A stretch of DNA of 64,000 nucleotides from Candidatus Latescibacterota bacterium (GCA_963707635.1 OY970173.1:2880001-2944000); one strand, 5' to 3'. Shown: positions 11,301 to 23,885, numbered from the stretch's first letter. Numbers and translations are program-made. The notes: generated by a model from the sequence alone, not told the origin.

Positions 11301-11657
11301 CAGCGGGAGGTTGCGCCGAACATCTCCAAGCTGCTCGTTCAGTTCGAGCCGGGCGAATTCGATATTGGTTCCCCGCCGGAACGACAGCGTAACGGTGGAG
11401 TTTCCGGCACGGCTGGTGGATTCGATCTTCTCGATGCCGTGCACATCCTGCACCGCTTCCTCGATCGGGATTGAAATCGATCGTTGAATTGCCTGCGGCG
11501 AGGCGGCATTCCACCCGGTGGTGATCGTGAGCGTTGGAAGGTTCACGTCGGGAACGGCTTCGATCTTCAGGCGCGGAATCGAGTACGCACCCAGCACGAC
11601 GAAGGACACAAATATCATCCAGGTCGTCACCGGAAAGCGCACGAAGAACCTGGTCAT
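8331..11657 (-). CDS. RND efflux permease subunit (AcrB/AcrD/AcrF family)
   Basis: 1108 aa; PDVNLPTL, GMIVDNSI, GVAVNNAI, RMRSILLTS, IGGL. Confidence 0.93.
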   Translation of the reverse strand: MTRFFVRFPVTTWMIFVSFVVLGAYSIPRLKIEAVPDVNLPTLTITTGWNAASPQAIQRSISIPIEEAVQDVHGIEKIESTSRAGNSTVTLSFRRGTNIEFARLELNEQLGDVRRNLPLGAQQPQILPFVPEEFRTEDFFTFSLESDLTPNELRELAETWVVPQVIAVPGVADAEVLGGARPLVKIVLDRRLLDLYGVRADEVFRAVNRLDEFEGAGVVREQGLERLVALRRPVSLRSLQDGVVARRGGQTFTLGMLGEVRADFEDPNYFVRANGKNVVQVTVDKRSGANAVGVSRDLRKALPAIQANVPAVVGFHVDEDQGKDLEDKLRNLIYRSFAILGILFVMLAISVRQLQLTAIVTASIIFATLISLSLFYFLHISVNFITISGLAVCFGMIVDNSILVLDAIHRRLDALKRAGDLGLSRRAKLEVAYHAILQGTNDILNPALATTLTTVVVFGSFVFLSGRLALYYIPLAVSVTTALAASLFVAFGWVPMVLHRVWAKPLVNRLADGPRDVIDSDELDRLVAEPSALEDRVTRLDRGYMALQRGWWLAIPVVLALFAGAWWAYDHKVIKGGFWRFPEEEELFLYLEMPSGTDLEVTSETLRDFEEALLPAPEGVRMASRAFGNQGIMRVEFEEELRKTPLPFHWRELLIAKADVTGGSSVYIRGFSDRPYFKGAFGGSALNSLIKITGYNSKRLNEIADRTLARVEKNRRVRNARVTTGAQWERVRQEEMVIRIRRDRLAAYDLTVADLTAQVRRMLGVDIPWTMLIDGDQERVQLSYADADNISYAEIAALVLRSPAGGQVRLGDLIDIEKREVSRSITRENQKYTTHVNWEYLGTDQMRTKYIKDILAGIEVPYGYKAEEARQEFLTQEEEEEIGLAIWLAVAFIFIVLAALMESVSIPFLILLAVPMSLVGVVAIFWLTHSVFDSSARIGLVLLFGVAVNNAILLVSRYRTESTLILKSKRGDDPELSASLFPPLRKSLGGIDLWELPKEERVELLKRAVARGTRARMRSILLTSGTTVVGLAPLLVHMNDTADKDIWENLALASIGGLTSSTILLLFVTPAIYSSCIRLSWSLRRMTGWLRSKVRRRTRDARPAADPA

Positions 11658-14600
11658 GCCGCGGGCCTCCGGATGCGATGCGCCAGCAGGTAGAGGACAG
11701 GCGTGTAGAACATCGTGAGCACCGTCGTCACCGCAAGGCCGCCGATGATGGTCACGGCCAGGGGGCGCTGGAGCTGTGCTCCGCCGCCGAGGCCAATCGC
11801 CATCGGCAACAGCCCGAGAATGGTAGTAATACTTGTCATCAGAATCGGCCGCACCCGCAGTCTGCTTGCCTCCAGGATCGCCTGGTACCCGTCCATCCCG
11901 CTCGACCGGAGCTGCTTGATGGTGTCGGTCTTCAGAATGGCGTCATTGACCGCGATGCCAAGCAGCGCAATCATGCCGATCAGCGAGAGCAGATTGATGG
12001 TATTGCCCGTAACGGCCATCGCGACGAACGCGCCTGCCACACCCATCGGCAGAGTCGCCGAAATGAGTAACGGATCGACAAACGACTCGAACTGCGCGGC
12101 CAGAATCATGTAAACCAGTGCCACCGACAGCAGCATCGCCCACATCAGATCGTGGAAGCTGCTTTCCATCTCCGCTCGCTCACCGCCTTCGACTATCTTG
12201 ACGCTGGGTGGGAGATCGAGTCGGGCGACGGCCGCCGACGCCTCGATCCACGCGTCGGCGACGGTCCCGTTGGTAACCTCTCCGGCTACGGTGACCATGC
12301 GTCGTTGGTTGGAGCGCGTGAGCTCGCGCACCGGCCGCTCTTCGTCGATCGACACGAAGCGCTTGAGCGGAACCGCTTCCCCGCTGGCAATGCCCACCGG
12401 CGAGGCCAGTACCTCCGCAAGATCTTCCCGCTCTCCGCGCGGGAAGCGAACCGAGATGTCGATTCGCTTCTCGACTTCGTTGAACGTCGTCGCTTCGACG
12501 CCGGCGATGCGATTACGCACGTCGCGCGCAATCACGTCCGGGTCGAGTCCGGCGCGAAGGATTTCTTCGGTGTCGAGACGAACCACCACGTTCGGGGCGC
12601 CCAGTACGCGATCGACCTGCAGGCCGGACACGCGCTGCGCGCCCTGGAGCGCGCCCACCACCTGCTCGGCCGCGTCGACGGCCTCTTCGGGATCGTTGGC
12701 GATTACACCCAGGCTGAATTGCGCCTCGTCGGTGGACAGGATTTCCGCGAGGCCGACACCCTCGGGGCGAAATGAGTAGCGTACCCCGGAAAGCGAGTCG
12801 AGGCGCGCGCCGACGAATTCCATCACGCGTTCCGACTGCCTGTGCGCGTTGCGCCCGGGTTTCATGATGACGCGCATGCGTGCCGTGTTGGGCGCCGCAT
12901 AGTCCTTCATCGCCGCCAGCGTGTGTTCTGTCGTGCCGACCTGGGTGAACACCCGCGCGACCGCGGGGTCATCCGAGATTCTGCCGGCGAGGGCCGCGGC
13001 CATCGCCGAGGTCTCTTCGAGCGGGGTTCCGGTCGGCAGTTCCAGATCGACGCGCAGGTCTCCCGACGTGCGCTCCGGCATGAGTGTGCGCTTGAGGGTG
13101 AAACCCACGAATCCGGCAGCGAGGAGCCCGATCACGAGCGCAACGACCATGGACCGGGGGCGTCGAAGTGCGCGCAGCAGCAATTGGTGGTACCGGTTAT
13201 AGAACGACGTGAACCAACTGTCGAACAACCGGAAAGCCCCTCGCGGTCCGGCGACGCTGAACTTGAGAGCGCGCGCCGACATCATGGGCTGGAGCAACAA
13301 CGCGGTGGCGATCGATATCAAGAGCGAAAACGTCACGGTCAGCGCCTGGTCACGGAAAAAGGCACCCGCGATCCCCGGCACGTAGACCACCGGGAAGAAC
13401 ACCGCGACGGTGGTCAGCGTCGACGCCACGATCGCGTTGCCCATCTCGCGGGTGCCGCTCTCCGCCGCCGCCGCCACCACGCGACGGGTCTCGATAGAAT
13501 CAAAATCCACATTACGCCGGTCGCCGAACTTTTCCTGGAGGTGGCGGTTGATGTTTTCCATCACCACGATGCCGTTGTCGACCAGCATGCCTGCCGCCAG
13601 TGAGAGACCGCCCAAACTCATGAGGTTCAGCTTCACCTTGCCGAAATAGAGCAGCGCAAACGTCACCATCAGCGCGACGGGGATCGACAATCCCACCACG
13701 ATCGGGCTGCGAATGTCCTTGAGGAACAGAAACAGGACCGCGAACGCGAGAAAGGAACCGAGCAGGAGCGATTGCACAAGCCCCGAAAACGACGAACGCA
13801 CGTAATCCGCGTCGCGATACACGTAGGTGTAGGCGAAATCGGCGTAGTCCTTGGTGAGCACGCCGAGGGCCTTATCGACCTCGTCGGTCACACGAATGGT
13901 GTTGGCCTCCGGCTCCTTATAGATCAGGAGCGACACCACGCGCACGTCTCCGAGGAGCGTTTCACCCTCCGGCTCTTTGGTGGTGTCGATCACGCGGGCG
14001 ACATCGACGATGCGCACGGGCGATTGTCCCGGCCTCACCACATCGGTGGCGCCGATCTCGTCGATACCTCCGTACTCGCCGTCGATGCGCAGGCTCATCT
14101 GCAGGGGTCCCTGGCGGATCTTTCCACCCGGAAACGATACGTTGCTGCGCACCAGCGCCTGCTGGATCTGCTCGATGGTGATGCCGTAGATCGCCATCTT
14201 GTGCGCGTCGGGTTCGACCAGGATCTCGCGTTCGAGCCCTCCGACTACTTCGGCCTTGCTGATCCCGTCGACCTGCTGGAGTGCGGGCTTGGCCACCTCC
14301 TCGGCGAACTCGGTGAGATCCGAGATCGGCGCGTTGCCGCGCAGCGTCAGGATGCTAATCGGGCGCGACGTCGGGTCCCAGCGCAGGATTACTGGCCGGT
14401 CGGCCTGCTCGGGAAAGTCTTCGCGGAAAGCGACACGATCGACCGCTTCGCGCAGGTGGAGGTTCGCGAAGTCCATCTGCGTTCCCCACTCGTACTCCAC
14501 CGTGATCATCGACACGCCCTCCCGGGTTCGTGAAACCACCCGTCGGACGCCGGAAAGCGCGGTGACCACCTCTTCCAGCGGCTCGGTCACAAGCCGCTCG

Positions 14601-14770
14601 AGGTCGCCCGCGGGCATGTCTTCGTACGATGTGACTACGGTCAGCCGCGGGTAGGTAATGGAGGGAAGCAGGTCGACCGGGATCTTCTTGAGGCTCACCG
14701 CGCCGACCAGCATCAGCGCGAGAAACAGCATGGAGATCGCGACCGGGCGGTGAATCGCGAAGCGAATCAT
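11654..14770 (-). CDS. Second RND efflux permease subunit
   Basis: MIRFAIHRPV start, DLLPSITYP, GMLVDNGIVV, RVRPILMT, IIGGL; 4-nt overlaps with both neighbours. Confidence 0.93.
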   Translation of the reverse strand: MIRFAIHRPVAISMLFLALMLVGAVSLKKIPVDLLPSITYPRLTVVTSYEDMPAGDLERLVTEPLEEVVTALSGVRRVVSRTREGVSMITVEYEWGTQMDFANLHLREAVDRVAFREDFPEQADRPVILRWDPTSRPISILTLRGNAPISDLTEFAEEVAKPALQQVDGISKAEVVGGLEREILVEPDAHKMAIYGITIEQIQQALVRSNVSFPGGKIRQGPLQMSLRIDGEYGGIDEIGATDVVRPGQSPVRIVDVARVIDTTKEPEGETLLGDVRVVSLLIYKEPEANTIRVTDEVDKALGVLTKDYADFAYTYVYRDADYVRSSFSGLVQSLLLGSFLAFAVLFLFLKDIRSPIVVGLSIPVALMVTFALLYFGKVKLNLMSLGGLSLAAGMLVDNGIVVMENINRHLQEKFGDRRNVDFDSIETRRVVAAAAESGTREMGNAIVASTLTTVAVFFPVVYVPGIAGAFFRDQALTVTFSLLISIATALLLQPMMSARALKFSVAGPRGAFRLFDSWFTSFYNRYHQLLLRALRRPRSMVVALVIGLLAAGFVGFTLKRTLMPERTSGDLRVDLELPTGTPLEETSAMAAALAGRISDDPAVARVFTQVGTTEHTLAAMKDYAAPNTARMRVIMKPGRNAHRQSERVMEFVGARLDSLSGVRYSFRPEGVGLAEILSTDEAQFSLGVIANDPEEAVDAAEQVVGALQGAQRVSGLQVDRVLGAPNVVVRLDTEEILRAGLDPDVIARDVRNRIAGVEATTFNEVEKRIDISVRFPRGEREDLAEVLASPVGIASGEAVPLKRFVSIDEERPVRELTRSNQRRMVTVAGEVTNGTVADAWIEASAAVARLDLPPSVKIVEGGERAEMESSFHDLMWAMLLSVALVYMILAAQFESFVDPLLISATLPMGVAGAFVAMAVTGNTINLLSLIGMIALLGIAVNDAILKTDTIKQLRSSGMDGYQAILEASRLRVRPILMTSITTILGLLPMAIGLGGGAQLQRPLAVTIIGGLAVTTVLTMFYTPVLYLLAHRIRRPAA

Positions 14771-16134
14771 TCGCCACCTTGCGCGGACTGCAGCCACGGG
14801 TCGGCGGGCGGGAGCGTCTTGCGCACCTTGACCTTCGCGTCGTGCGCGAGTGTCAGATGGTCCGAGACGATGACCCGGTCGCCCGGCTCCAGCGTGCCGC
14901 CCTGGATGACGCTGGTGATCTCGACCATGTGGTCGTTGCTCTCGCCCAGCGCCACATAGAGCCACTTGGCGCGGCCGTCCTCGATCTTGAAGAGCAGGGG
15001 CCGGCCGTCGCGGGTGAGGATCGCTTCGCGCGGGACCAGCAGACGATCTTCGAAGCGTTCGCCGGCGATCAGCGCGCGCGCGAACATCCCCGGGCGCAGC
15101 CGTCCATCATTCTTGAGGCGTATCAGCACCTGGCAGGTGCGCGTCGCGGGATCGAACTGCGGGCTCACGACGTCGACCGCAACGCTCAAGGTCTCGCCGA
15201 GCGCCGGCACGGCGAGGATGGCGGCGCCCCCGGGCGCGATCTTGCCGACGTCCGCTTCGAGCACGCCGACCTCTGCCTCGATGTTGATGTTGTCGACCAG
15301 CGTGCACAGCGTCTGGTTGATCTTGAGCTGTTCGCCGACACTCAGCGTGAGGCCGCTCACGACCGCGTCGAAGGGCGCGCGAATCTCGGTCCTCTCCAGG
15401 TTGAGGCGGGTGCGCTCCAGGTCGGCGCGCGCGACGGACACGCCGCTGCGGGCCGCCGCGATTTCGCCGCGGAACTTGCCTTCTTTGAGCGCCTCGACGT
15501 CCATGCCGATCTCGCGCGCGAGGCGCTCCTCGCGCGTGATCTTCCCGCTCTTTTCGAGCTGCTCCAGGTTGGTCAGCTCGTCGCGCATGTCCTGCGCGCG
15601 GGAGGCCAGGGCCGTGTCGACGTCGGCGTCCTCGATGGTCAGCAGGCTCAACGCCTGCAGGTATCGGGCGCGCGCTTCCTCGGCGGCCATCTCGTATTCG
15701 CGATCGTCGATCTTGAGGATCAGCTGGCCGCGCTTGACCTTCTGACCCTCCTCCACCAGCACGCGCACGATCCGGCCGGTGATCTCGGAATGAATCTCGG
15801 CGGAGTGGCGGGCGCGGATGCGGCCCTCCGCCACCACCGGGCGCACGAGGTCCGCGCGCACCGCCCGGGACGCATTCACCGTCACCGAGCGTTCCTTGCG
15901 GGGCTTGCCGCCGGAGGTGTCCGACTCCGCCGACGCCGTGGCCGCGTCGCTGCCCCCGTAGTTCTCCCCTTCGCTTTCCATGGAGCCCTTCGCCTCGGCC
16001 AGCGAGGTCGAATCCGCCGCCGTCGAATCCGCGGCGTCCTTGGTGTTGCCCTTCTTCCCGCACGACGCGAGGCCGAAGGAAAGCGCGGCAACGACGATGA
16101 GTCGAAACACGAGTCTGGTGGCCGGTGAGATCAC
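14767..16134 (-). CDS. RND periplasmic adaptor (membrane fusion protein), lipoprotein
   Basis: LASC lipobox; lipoyl-like halves (V.EGQKVKRGQ; IRAPFDAVV), coiled hairpin, DPATRT, LRPGMF. Confidence 0.92.
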   Translation of the reverse strand: MISPATRLVFRLIVVAALSFGLASCGKKGNTKDAADSTAADSTSLAEAKGSMESEGENYGGSDAATASAESDTSGGKPRKERSVTVNASRAVRADLVRPVVAEGRIRARHSAEIHSEITGRIVRVLVEEGQKVKRGQLILKIDDREYEMAAEEARARYLQALSLLTIEDADVDTALASRAQDMRDELTNLEQLEKSGKITREERLAREIGMDVEALKEGKFRGEIAAARSGVSVARADLERTRLNLERTEIRAPFDAVVSGLTLSVGEQLKINQTLCTLVDNINIEAEVGVLEADVGKIAPGGAAILAVPALGETLSVAVDVVSPQFDPATRTCQVLIRLKNDGRLRPGMFARALIAGERFEDRLLVPREAILTRDGRPLLFKIEDGRAKWLYVALGESNDHMVEITSVIQGGTLEPGDRVIVSDHLTLAHDAKVKVRKTLPPADPWLQSAQGGE

Positions 16135-16165
16135 GGGGCGTCTCCCTGACTGGAGGAAAGTTAGC

Positions 16166-16214
16166 GGCGCCGGCGCCGGACGAGTTCGGTGCGAACCGTC
16201 CGGTCGCCGGCGCC
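16166..16214. repeat. Imperfect intergenic inverted repeat
   Basis: GGCGCCGGCG-CCGGACG..GTTCG / CGAAC..CGTCCGG-T-CGCCGGCGCC. Confidence 0.55.
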
Positions 16215-16245
16215 AGACCGGAAAGTCTTGCGAACCGGGCGCCGC

Positions 16246-17547
16246 CTAGCGGGCCGCGATGACGTCGCCCTCGAGGCGGTAGCAGATGACCGCCATCGGC
16301 TCCGGTTCCTCGGTTTCATCGTAGAGTCCGTCGACGCCCTCCGCGGACATGGCCGCCTGCAGGAAGCTCGTCACCACGTACAGACGGTCCTTTTCGAACA
16401 CGTACAGGTCCTCGAGCGGGTCGCCCTCGCCCTGCAGAGTCACGGTCTTGACGAACTGACCCTGCGGGTTGAACACGTCGAAGGTGCCCAGCGTTCCCTT
16501 GGCCAGGTTGCGGGCGCCGGCGCTCGACAACACCCACATCGAGCCGTCGTCGCGCACGTAGATGTTCTCGATGTCCTTGGTCATGTCGTGGATGTTGACC
16601 TTGCAGTTCGGGATCATCTGCGCCCAGTGGCCCATCATCTTGTTCATGAAGTCTTTTTCCTTGGCGCTGCGGGCGATGTGCTTGTAGTCCCGCGTGATGA
16701 CCTTGTCGACCTTGCCACTCTTGTCCCACACCGTGATCTCGTAGTTGTCGTACGATTTGCATGCGTACACCTTGCCGTCCGGGCCCACTTCCCAGCGCCG
16801 TTCGAAGGTGTCCCAGGCCGCGTCGTCCATGAGGGCGGCGGCCATGTTGATCTCGTTGGTCTTCGACGCGTACTCGGCGACCTGTTTGCCGGCCGGGTCC
16901 ACGCTGGCGATGAAACTGGTGCGCGACCATTTCCCGGCCGCCTGGTCGAACTGCTGGCGGCCCATGAACAGCACGATGTTGCCGCCGCGCGAGTCGCCGC
17001 CCTGGATCAGCTGGAACCCGCCGTCCGGGGCCTGCGGGATGGGCTGGTCGCCCGCGGGAGTGCCCTCCTTGGTCAGCAGCACGATCTTGCCCGGCATCAT
17101 CTGGATGACCGCGGCCTTGTCGTCTTTGGTGAAGAACATCGAGACCGGGCGGCGGAACTCGCCCGGGCCCTCGCCTTCGCGTCCGATCGAGCGCAGCATC
17201 TCGCCGTCCTTGTTGTAGATCTTCACCGTCGAGAGCTGACTGTCGAGCAGGTACACGTTGCCCTGCGCGTCGATGTCGATGTCGCTGATGACGCCGAAGA
17301 ATTCGTCCTCGTTTTCGGAGTCGCCGCCGAGCCGCCACACTTCGGGCAGCTTGCTGGTCGCCGGCGCCACGAACCCCGTGGCAGGATTGGACACAGACTT
17401 GGCACCGGCGGCTCCCGGCGTCACTTTGCCCTGCCATTCACCCGCCTCTGCGCGGGCCGCGATCACGACCACCACCGCGACGAATACGGCAAGGCTGATG
17501 GCCGCAATACGCCACGCACGGAACCATTTTATCGAGTCGAGCTTCAT
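16246..17547 (-). CDS. Secreted 6-bladed beta-propeller (NHL-like) protein
   Basis: Signal peptide; DIDIDAQGNVYLLD, SIGREGEGPGEFRRP, FDVFNPQGQF. Confidence 0.8.
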   Translation of the reverse strand: MKLDSIKWFRAWRIAAISLAVFVAVVVVIAARAEAGEWQGKVTPGAAGAKSVSNPATGFVAPATSKLPEVWRLGGDSENEDEFFGVISDIDIDAQGNVYLLDSQLSTVKIYNKDGEMLRSIGREGEGPGEFRRPVSMFFTKDDKAAVIQMMPGKIVLLTKEGTPAGDQPIPQAPDGGFQLIQGGDSRGGNIVLFMGRQQFDQAAGKWSRTSFIASVDPAGKQVAEYASKTNEINMAAALMDDAAWDTFERRWEVGPDGKVYACKSYDNYEITVWDKSGKVDKVITRDYKHIARSAKEKDFMNKMMGHWAQMIPNCKVNIHDMTKDIENIYVRDDGSMWVLSSAGARNLAKGTLGTFDVFNPQGQFVKTVTLQGEGDPLEDLYVFEKDRLYVVTSFLQAAMSAEGVDGLYDETEEPEPMAVICYRLEGDVIAAR

Positions 17548-17773
17548 GGGAGTCCTCGCTCCTACGAGGTAGGAAATGCAAAAAGTGTATGCCCTGATTA
17601 CGGGTTCACCCGAACGGGGGTTTCGCGGAATGTCATCTATCCGCGCCGTGGCTCCAGTACCCGGGCCGGGGCCGTCTATTCGGCGGCCGGGATGGCTATT
17701 CTATACCCTATCGCCGGCGGTGGCAACCGCCTCCGAAGCGAAGGCCGCCTCCCGCAAGCACTTGAGTGCATCG

Positions 17774-19189
17774 CTATCGCTTCGGCCGGTACACGTGCGT
17801 GCTCTGGCCGAAGAATACCTCCGCCGCTTCCATGACCGTCTCCGACAATGTCGGGTGCGGATGGATGGTGAGTTTCACGTCGGAGGCCAGGGCACCCATC
17901 TCGATCGCGAGCACGCCTTCCGAGATCAGATCGCCCGCGCCGGCACCGACGATGCCGACGCCCAGCACGCGCTCGGACTTGGGATCGATCAGCAGTTTGG
18001 TGAGCCCGTCGGTGCGTTCGATCGACATGGCGCGGCCCGACGCGCCCCACGGGAACTTCGCGACCGCGATTTCCACGCCACGCTCCTTCGCCTGCGTCTC
18101 GGTCAGCCCGCACCACGCGATCTCCGGATCCGTGAACATGACGGCGGGGATCGCGGCGGGCTCGAACGCGACCTTGTGGCCGGCGATCACCTCCACCGCG
18201 GTGCGGCCTTCGTGGGACGCCTTGTGCGCGAGCATCGGGTCGCCGGTGACGTCGCCGATCGCGAAGATCGACGGCTCGGCGGTGCGCCGCTGCGCGTCGA
18301 CCTCGATGAAGCCGCGCGCGTTCACCTTCGCGCGCGTCTTCTCGAGACCGAAGCCGGCCGTGTTGGGCTTGCGCCCGACGGAGACGAGGACCTTCTCGAA
18401 CGTCGTCTCTTCCTTGGACGCACCGTCGAAGATGACTGCGACGCCGGCTGCGGTTTCCTTCGCGGCGACGACCTTCGTGTTCACCACGATGCGCTCGAAC
18501 GATTTCGCGAGGCGCTTCTCCAGCACGGCGACCAGGTCGCGGTCGGCGCCCGGGCACAGCCCCGGGAGCATCTCGACCACCGTCACCCGGCTCCCGAGTG
18601 CCGCGTACACGCTCCCCAGCTCCAGCCCGATGTAGCCGCCGCCGACCACCAGTAGAGTCTTCGGCACCGACTCCAGCTCGAGCGCGCTCGTCGAATCCAG
18701 CACTCGTTTCGAGGTTGCGTCGAACATCGGCAACGTCGCCGGGCGCGAGCCGGTCGCCACCACCGCGTGTTCGAAGGCCAAAGTCCGCGTCCCGCCGCCG
18801 GGGAGCGCCACCGCGAGCGTGTGCGCGTCGGCGAAGGTTCCCTGCCCGCGCACGTACGTCACCTTGCGAAACTTCGCCACCTGCCCGACGCCGCTGGTGA
18901 GCTTCTTGACGACGCCGTCCTTCCACGCGCGCAGTCCGTCGAGCGAGACGCGCGGGGCACCGAACTCCACGCCCATGGTCCTGGCCGCGTCCGCTTCGTG
19001 CAGGACACGCGCGACGTGGAGCAGGGCCTTCGAGGGGATGCAGCCGCGGTAGAGACACACGCCGCCAGGGTTCTCGTCCAGGTCGACCAGCGCCGTGCGC
19101 AGCCCGAGGTCCGCGCCGAGAAACGCCGCCGCGTAGCCGCCTGGACCGCCGCCGAGGACGACGAGCTGGAACGTCTCGGGCGCGGGCAT
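17774..19189 (-). CDS. lpdA: Dihydrolipoamide dehydrogenase (E3)
   Basis: GGGPGG, GGVCLYRGCIPSK, GGGYIGLE, HPHPTLSE. Confidence 0.97.
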   Translation of the reverse strand: MPAPETFQLVVLGGGPGGYAAAFLGADLGLRTALVDLDENPGGVCLYRGCIPSKALLHVARVLHEADAARTMGVEFGAPRVSLDGLRAWKDGVVKKLTSGVGQVAKFRKVTYVRGQGTFADAHTLAVALPGGGTRTLAFEHAVVATGSRPATLPMFDATSKRVLDSTSALELESVPKTLLVVGGGYIGLELGSVYAALGSRVTVVEMLPGLCPGADRDLVAVLEKRLAKSFERIVVNTKVVAAKETAAGVAVIFDGASKEETTFEKVLVSVGRKPNTAGFGLEKTRAKVNARGFIEVDAQRRTAEPSIFAIGDVTGDPMLAHKASHEGRTAVEVIAGHKVAFEPAAIPAVMFTDPEIAWCGLTETQAKERGVEIAVAKFPWGASGRAMSIERTDGLTKLLIDPKSERVLGVGIVGAGAGDLISEGVLAIEMGALASDVKLTIHPHPTLSETVMEAAEVFFGQSTHVYRPKR

Positions 19190-19195
19190 GGAGAG

Positions 19196-20563
19196 CTAAC
19201 CCTCGAGCGAGAGCAGAATGGGGTGCGCCAGCGCTTCGCACACCCAGCGCAGGAAACGCGCGGCGGCGGCGCCGTCGATCAGGCGATGGTCGTACGAGAG
19301 AGACAACGGGAGCACCAGGCGCGGCTGGAAGCCACCGTCGATGAACACCGGCTTCATGGTCGCGCGCGACACGCCGAGGATCGCGACCTCCGGCGCGTTG
19401 ACGATCGGCGAGAACGACGTCCCGCCGATGCCGCCCAGATTCGAGATGGTGAAGCTGCCGCCCTCGAGGTCGTCGGGCATGATCTTCTTCGCGCGCGCCT
19501 TTTCGGCGACCTGACCGATTTCGATCGAGAGCATGGCGATATTCTTCGTGTCGACGCCCCGAATCACCGGAACCAGGAGTCCCCGTTCCGTGTCCACTGC
19601 GACGCCGATATTCACGTACTTCTTGTAGACGATCTCGTTGCGCGCGAGGTCGATGCTGGCGTTGAAATCCGGGAAGCGCTTGAGCGCGGACGCGCACACC
19701 CGGGTGAGAATCGCGGTCATGGTGAGCTTGCCGCCCGCCGCTTCCACCCGCGGCGCGTACAGCTTGCGCGCGGCCTCGAGGTCGGTGACGTCGGCCTCGT
19801 CGTTCTGGGTCACGGCGGGCACCGTGGTCCACGCGTAGGAGAGATTCGACGCCGTCACCTGACGGATCTTCGACATCGGCACGCGCTCGATCGCGCCGAA
19901 ACGCGCGAAGTCCGGGAGCGCGCGCGCGAGTGTCGGACCGGCCGGCGCGTGCGCGGAAGCCGGCGCGGCGCCGGTGGCCGCCGCGATGATCGACTTCGCG
20001 TACCCCTGCACGTCCTCCGCGCTGATGCGTCCGCCGGGACCGGTGCCGAGCACCTGGTTGATGTCGACTCCCAGCTCGCGGGCGAGGCGGCGCACGGTGG
20101 GGGAAGCCGGCGCGGGCGTTCCCTGCTCGCTCGCCACCGCGACCACCGCGTCCGCGGTGGACGCCACCGCCGAGGCGACGGCTTCGCGCGCGGGTGGATC
20201 GGGAGGTGCGGGAGGTGCGGGTGTCGGGGCACGCGGCGTGCTCACCGGCGCGGCGCTGGCCGACGACGGCGGCGGCGAAGCGGCGCGAGGCGGCGCCGGA
20301 GCGCCGGTCGCGGCCGGCCGGTTGGACTCGGTGCCGACGCGCGCGATCACGTCGCCGACATTCACCGTGCCCCCCGGCTTGACCGTGATCTCGAGCAACG
20401 TTCCGGCGACCGTCGACGGCACTTCGAACACCGCCTTCTCCGTCTCCAGCTCGATCAAGGGCTGGTCGACGGCGACCGTGTCGCCGGGCTTGACGAGCAC
20501 CTTGATGACATCGCCCTCGTGGACGTTCTCGGAGATTTCGGGGAGGCGGATTTCGACGATCAT
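19196..20563 (-). CDS. aceF: Dihydrolipoamide acetyltransferase (E2), single lipoyl domain
   Basis: ETEKA lipoyl site, ASPTVRRLARE E3-binding domain, SYDHRLIDG. Confidence 0.95.
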   Translation of the reverse strand: MIVEIRLPEISENVHEGDVIKVLVKPGDTVAVDQPLIELETEKAVFEVPSTVAGTLLEITVKPGGTVNVGDVIARVGTESNRPAATGAPAPPRAASPPPSSASAAPVSTPRAPTPAPPAPPDPPAREAVASAVASTADAVVAVASEQGTPAPASPTVRRLARELGVDINQVLGTGPGGRISAEDVQGYAKSIIAAATGAAPASAHAPAGPTLARALPDFARFGAIERVPMSKIRQVTASNLSYAWTTVPAVTQNDEADVTDLEAARKLYAPRVEAAGGKLTMTAILTRVCASALKRFPDFNASIDLARNEIVYKKYVNIGVAVDTERGLLVPVIRGVDTKNIAMLSIEIGQVAEKARAKKIMPDDLEGGSFTISNLGGIGGTSFSPIVNAPEVAILGVSRATMKPVFIDGGFQPRLVLPLSLSYDHRLIDGAAAARFLRWVCEALAHPILLSLEG

Positions 20564-20569
20564 CCGGCC

Positions 20570-20598
20570 ATTATCGTACGGACGGGAAGCAAGTGCAA
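20570..20598 (-). promoter_or_regulatory. Putative internal leaderless-type promoter for aceF
   Basis: TTGCAC-17-GATAAT-6 nt-ATG, no SD. Confidence 0.35.
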
Positions 20599-20599
20599 G

Positions 20600-21100
20600 C
20601 TAGTCGAGATAGCCGGATTTCTCGCCGACATCGTCGTTCTCACGCTTGGCGCCGTGGGAGCCGAAGGTGGCGGCCAGTCCTGTCTCGAATTGCCGTTTCT
20701 CGGCGTCGGAGAGCCGCGCTTCGGGATGCGCCCACAGGTAGGTTCGCGGCGGCATGCGATTCGTGCGCACCATTTTCGCCGCCTCGTCGCCCTCGTTCTC
20801 GTCCATCCCCCAGCGCGACACGTTGAGCTCCGCGCGGGCTCTGTCCACGTCCCATCGCACAAGCCACGACGCCGGCGCCACGTGGCTGTACCACGGCCAG
20901 GTGGTTTCGTTGCTGTGACAGTTGGCGCATGCGGCGAAGAACAACTCGCGGGTCCGGGGAGTGTTCCAGGTCGGCTCCGCGACCACGGCCGGGTTGGAGT
21001 GGTCGCGGCCATAGGGAACCAGCTGAATGGCGACAACGAGTATCCCGATCGCGATCGAAATCTTCCGAAGCACGGCCCGAGTGCCCGTCGGGTCGATCAT
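20600..21100 (-). CDS. Monohaem c-type cytochrome (Haem_bd-like domain)
   Basis: N-terminal TM/signal; ACANCHSNETTWPWYSHVAPASWL; MPPRTYLWAHPEARLS. Confidence 0.85.
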   Translation of the reverse strand: MIDPTGTRAVLRKISIAIGILVVAIQLVPYGRDHSNPAVVAEPTWNTPRTRELFFAACANCHSNETTWPWYSHVAPASWLVRWDVDRARAELNVSRWGMDENEGDEAAKMVRTNRMPPRTYLWAHPEARLSDAEKRQFETGLAATFGSHGAKRENDDVGEKSGYLD

Positions 21101-21101
21101 C

Positions 21102-23879
<2,778 letters not shown>

Positions 23880-23885
23880 TGGGTA

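Noticed and set aside
17578..17594. Sigma54-like GGCATACACTTTTTGC upstream of the propeller gene
   Set aside because: GG-to-GC spacing is 12 nt, not the required 10
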